Positions 59,778-64,000 of a stretch of 64,000 bases of DNA are shown in pieces. A model generated the notes under the pieces. That model was not told the DNA's origin and did no database searches. It worked only from the letters and a program-made list of their open reading frames with translations. The stretch's first letter is position 1. Each line of letters starts with the position of its first letter. The DNA comes from Neoechinorhynchus agilis (taxonomy: Eukaryota; Animalia; Acanthocephala), in NCBI GenBank assembly GCA_051530055.1, contig CM121341.1, forward strand, positions 18,826,784-18,890,783, in the 5' to 3' direction. The position numbers and the translations under genes were made by a program.

Positions 59778-61694
59778 TTCAAATTAAATTATGGGGTGGG
59801 CGGAACGTTGCTACAAAACCAGTAAAAGTGTATAGCGTTTGTAACTGATAAGGATAAAACAAATAAATATTTGCAACTCGTATTTGAGTGCGGAAATGAG
59901 AGGATAAAGCAGTTTTGCTCATTTGTAATGTTTGTTGAAATTGTCTGTCAAATGCAAAGCATCGGAATAGAGACAAATTTATGCTGGAAGAGATAATTGC
60001 AACATATTGCTGCACACTTTCTGTTGAAATGTGTTGTTGGGACCGTCTTTTTATACATTTGCCGATATTGATGAATCTCTTAGAGATTTTATCGTAAGAA
60101 TTTGTCAATCTGTCATAAGGATCTGTCAAGGACAACAATTTTCCTAAGTTTAATCCATCACAATAATAAAATCAAAATGACTTTAAGCTCATTAAATAGG
60201 AATATAACATTTTGAATTTAAAATATTTGTGCCAAAATAACAACAATACCGATTATGCGATCCTCAGCTCGGGGACAGTTGATGTATCGTTATCTTTGAT
60301 TGTGCAATCCCGACGAATCTTTTCCCTTTGGGTTTCATTGACGAGACTAAAATCTTAACGATGTGCCTACGATTTTCAGAGTTATGGCATTTAGCTTTTC
60401 AATGCAAGGAGGCTCCTGTAAGCATATTTTGTGCTGCTGCAACTCGGCGATCAGTGAAAGAGGTGATCTCTGTTGAACTCCATTTCTGGAAAAAAGATTT
60501 GGATTCCATCAAGTATTGAATCTTAGAAATCATATTAAGACCTTATATTAAAATGAAATAAGATCTTATATAAGAGTACTTTGTCTAATGCCCCGAATAC
60601 TTTGTTTAGATTCAGTTGGATTAATAGTTTATTTGCATCAACGATCTCATTCATAAAATGGAGTTCCGCTAACAGAGATTGTATTCTACAGCGACGAATA
60701 AACCCGTGAAAATCTGTGGAATTAGATGACAAGAATCTTAAAATGTATATATTTAGAATTTATCATTCGTTTAAGACACGAGATGATCGATTTTCTAGAG
60801 TTGTTCTTCGATGAAAAAACTTCGACTTTACCTCGCCTTAGAAAGGAATGCGAAGGTACTACACTAATTGACTTGAATCATTTATACACTGAGCAAGAAT
60901 ACCTGCAAGAAAATCGCTATGGTACGAAGGTTTGCCCAATGACAAATTACTATCATAAAGGACTTAATAACAAACAGAAACCGCTTGTTGATAACTTAGT
61001 AGCATATTGAAGATTCCAATGGAACTCAGCAGAGAAATTTACTCGAGGACAACTAAAAGAGAAACCAAGCGCTTAAATCCAAAGCGAACTATACAAATCG
61101 CAGCGCACGAAACGGGTCAGAATGAAGCGAATCGAATTTAGAAAAAAGCTAAAAAACAACAACAAGGAGATATCTGCAATCCAAGGAGACCGAGAATCTA
61201 AATCAAAGTCGAAAATGTCACAGGAAAGGAGAAGTCTGATCCACATCCATCTTTCCAATAGTGACAGAACCTCAGAATCTAATGGAAACCAAGAGCATTC
61301 AACTTGACAAAGAGATCAAAACACAAAAAAGCAAGATCGTTGTTGTGTCGTTTGGTAAAAGGCGTAATCGCTAGGTTTATGCGTCGTTTACAAGGGATCC
61401 TTCGATTTACATCGAAATCTATTCTAAAATGTAAACTGATAACTGCTAAGTAAAAAACTCTCTCTGAGTGTAAAATTCTGACGTTTACAATTTCTTTAAA
61501 ACGCAAACACAATAACGTTCAAGTAAAATCAAACATTCTCACGAACAAAAGTTTTTCTAGGTTTTTCCATTGCTTCATCTACTCTGAAACATCAGTCTGC
61601 AATTTTAGTGCGGAACAAAGTTAGATGATTTCCGCAGTTCAAAATATTACCGCAATTCCATGGAAAAATTGAAAGATTGATTTCCTTTTTAAAT

Positions 61695-62599
61695 GAACTT
61701 GAATCACCCTTCAGTTTAAGAAGTCGAAATGCTCGAATTCATTTTAAATCACTCGAAAGAGCGCATCGACCCCGATCTATTAAAATAGCGAACGAAACGT
61801 GCACTCGATTCGACGTTGAAAAACAAAAATTTGTAAATAGGAAAGAAAGCCGGTTTTGTTTTTAGGCGTCGATCGCATTACGTCGACATATTCATTTATT
61901 GACTTTACGTTTTGTTATCGTCAGAGAATTACCAACGTTCACATAATAAAACGTATTTTAGACTTCAAGAGTTGTTTACAATATACGCGCTTTTTTTTAA
62001 AAGCATAGAATTATTGAAAAAATTAATCTTCTTTCAATTCTTATTTCGAATGTCTCCGATTGACCGAAAAGCAGAAAGTACTTCAAACTAAAGAAGTTTT
62101 CGACAAATTCGAATTGTTAGACTGAAGCAAGCTGTTATATTTTATTTTACTATTAATGTTGTGAAGTACTAAATTAACCGCAGTCTTAAAATAAAATTTA
62201 AACCTTTTTGGTCCTTTGCTTACACCCTGCAAAGATATGCTCATAGAAATTGGGTTTATTTAACTAATTTTAGTTTCTTAAATACTAGGCGATAGGGGAA
62301 CTTTTAAAGATCCTTGTTCAGTCGCACATCAATCGATTGTCAAATAATATTCTTTTTCTGGACCGATCAACAAGTGCAATGAATAAACCATATCGATTTC
62401 CTTAATTCTGTAAACACGATGAATTGTTCGAAAGTATTGTCAATTAAGATTTGTTATTTATAAGTGTAACAACCAGAAAGAAATAATATGTGGAATTAAA
62501 AGAAATATGGGCGTGAAAAAGCATTTGGTATTCCTGATTTCGGGTTCAAAACGTAATTCTTGCGATAATTTGAAAGGTTAATCTCGCCAAAGAATACAC
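61695..62599 (+). repeat. About 905-bp direct repeat, copy 2
   Basis: Matches 52993-53897. Confidence 0.9.
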
Positions 62600-62612
62600 A
62601 TAATATTTTATT

Positions 62613-62646
62613 GAAATATTTCGACCCTCACGTGGGCCTTCTTCAG
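62613..62646 (-). ncRNA. Hammerhead ribozyme (inverted pLTR)
   Basis: attga CTGAAGA a GGCCC acgtga GGGTC GAAATATT tcaat; stem I attga/tcaat. Confidence 0.85.
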
Positions 62647-63978
62647 TCAATCTGAAAAGGTCAGGGTTTTTTGCGATCGCTTTTCCACTCCCCCTTATCA
62701 GGCGGTATTCTGAGTTTCAGTTTGTAGTCCGCTTTGTTACCCTCGAAAGTTGGAAGGTATTTGATGCAACTGGCTTCCATCACCAATCGTCCGAATCGAT
62801 CGAGATTACGTGACAACACCTTTGTGTTGTTGAAATCGATTCGATGACCAGTTTTCGACCAGATACGTCGACGACACGTTCATTTTGATGGATCCATCTC
62901 TCGTGACGCCTGCAGATCTCCATAAACAACTCAACACAAAAGACATGAACATCCAGTAAACGATGGAGGTTGAGGACCATGGTTGGAATCGGATTTCTTA
63001 AATTCCATTCCTGGTATCGTATTCTGGACCAGATACGTCGACGACACGTTCATTTTGATTGATCCATCTCTCGTGACGCCTGTAGATCTCCATAAACAAC
63101 TCAACACAAAAGACATGAACATCCAGTGGACGATGGAGGTTGAGGACCATGGTCATTTTTCATTTGCTGACGTTTCTATCCAACGGAGTGGATTACTTTA
63201 CACGACAAGTGTATACAGGAAACGAGGAGTCTCAAACGGTTTCGTACCGTGGAATACCATGCAATCTCAAATGTACAAGGTGTCTAGAGTAAGACCCTTG
63301 TTTTATAGAGCCTTCACACACTGTAGTAATGAACACATACGAAATGAGGAGATCAAATATATCATCGAAAAGTCGGGGTCGCTGGGATATTCCCTACACC
63401 TAGTGGAGAAGTGCTTCAAAGATGTCAAATACAGTTTCGGAAAATCGCCAACTATTAAAAAGGAGAAGATTTTTCTCGAAGTACCTTTCCTTGATGAAGT
63501 TTCATTTAGGAACATGAAAAGGACAATCAAGTATGCGAATGACGAGTTGGCGATCGAAGTTTTTTGCAGGAGAGGTAGAACTTTGAATACGATCATCTCA
63601 AATATAAAAACGGAGCCACGACTTGAGTCGGTCTATAAGATCCCTTGCATGGACTGTGACGAAGTGTATGTCGGACAAACTATTTATATCGACAGACGAA
63701 TCCGATAACAGAAATGTGCAGTTAGCAAAAAAGAAGGATCTTAGCTCAGCAGTAGTTACGCATGTCATGAAAACTGGTCATCGAATCGATTTCAACAACA
63801 CAAAGGTGTTGTCACGTAATCAGGATCGATTCGGACGATTGGTGATGGAAGCCAGTTGCATCAAATACCTTCCAACTTTTGAAGATAACAAAGCGGACTA
63901 CAAACTGAAACTCAGAATACCGCCTGATAAGGGGGAGTGGAAAAGCGATCGCAAAAAACCCTGACCTTTTCAGATTGA

Positions 63979-64000
63979 CTGAAGAAGACCCACGGGAGGG
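63979..64000 (+). ncRNA. Hammerhead ribozyme, cut by the window edge
   Basis: CTGAAGA a GACCC acggga GGG..; the G-U pair of the inverted copy would be A-U here if the sequence continues as in that copy. Confidence 0.7.

Larger units (their letters stand above)
54670..60785. repeat. Palindrome 3 (arms about 54670-57557 and 58035-60785); core duplicates palindrome 1
   Basis: Same spacer and arm-specific variants as palindrome 1; outer about 720 bp on both sides is a decayed LINE RT (FHGF..NKVFGTLD..GLQQRSPLS). Confidence 0.9.
62600..64000 (+). mobile_element. Penelope-like element, 5'-truncated, with inverted pLTR (62600-62856)
   Basis: WTRYVDDTF, HFSFADV, VYKIPCMDCDEVYVGQT, RLVMEASCI; 62600-62856 is the reverse complement of 63772 onward. 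Confidence 0.93.

Noticed and set aside
1-64000. CRISPR arrays, rRNA genes, bona fide tRNA genes, telomeric repeats
   Set aside because: None seen; the only tRNA-like signals are the degenerate 5859-5929 segment and the Gypsy PBS.

Overview
AT-rich eukaryotic DNA with short spliceosomal introns (about 47-53 bp, GT-AG); the organism cannot be assigned from sequence alone. Recognisable host genes are few: the 3' part of DDRGK1, a guanine deaminase that looks bacterial in type and carries three odd interruptions, a divergent dynein-light-chain-like gene, an SGNH-fold ORF and a putative membrane protein. Most of the window is retroelement material: Penelope-like elements (PLE) with hammerhead ribozymes, two RTE families, CRE-like restriction-endonuclease elements, an I/Jockey-like LINE (one full-length copy with a 10-bp TSD), CR1/L2-like ends, a miniature Gypsy, and TSD-flanked foldback elements with a tRNA-like core. 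The dominant unexplained structure is three head-to-head palindromes holding six copies of one orphan two-exon gene (about 385 aa), with signs of arm-to-arm homogenisation, plus a PLE-associated inverted repeat pair spanning about 22 kb. All identities and percentages are by-eye estimates; no database search was run.
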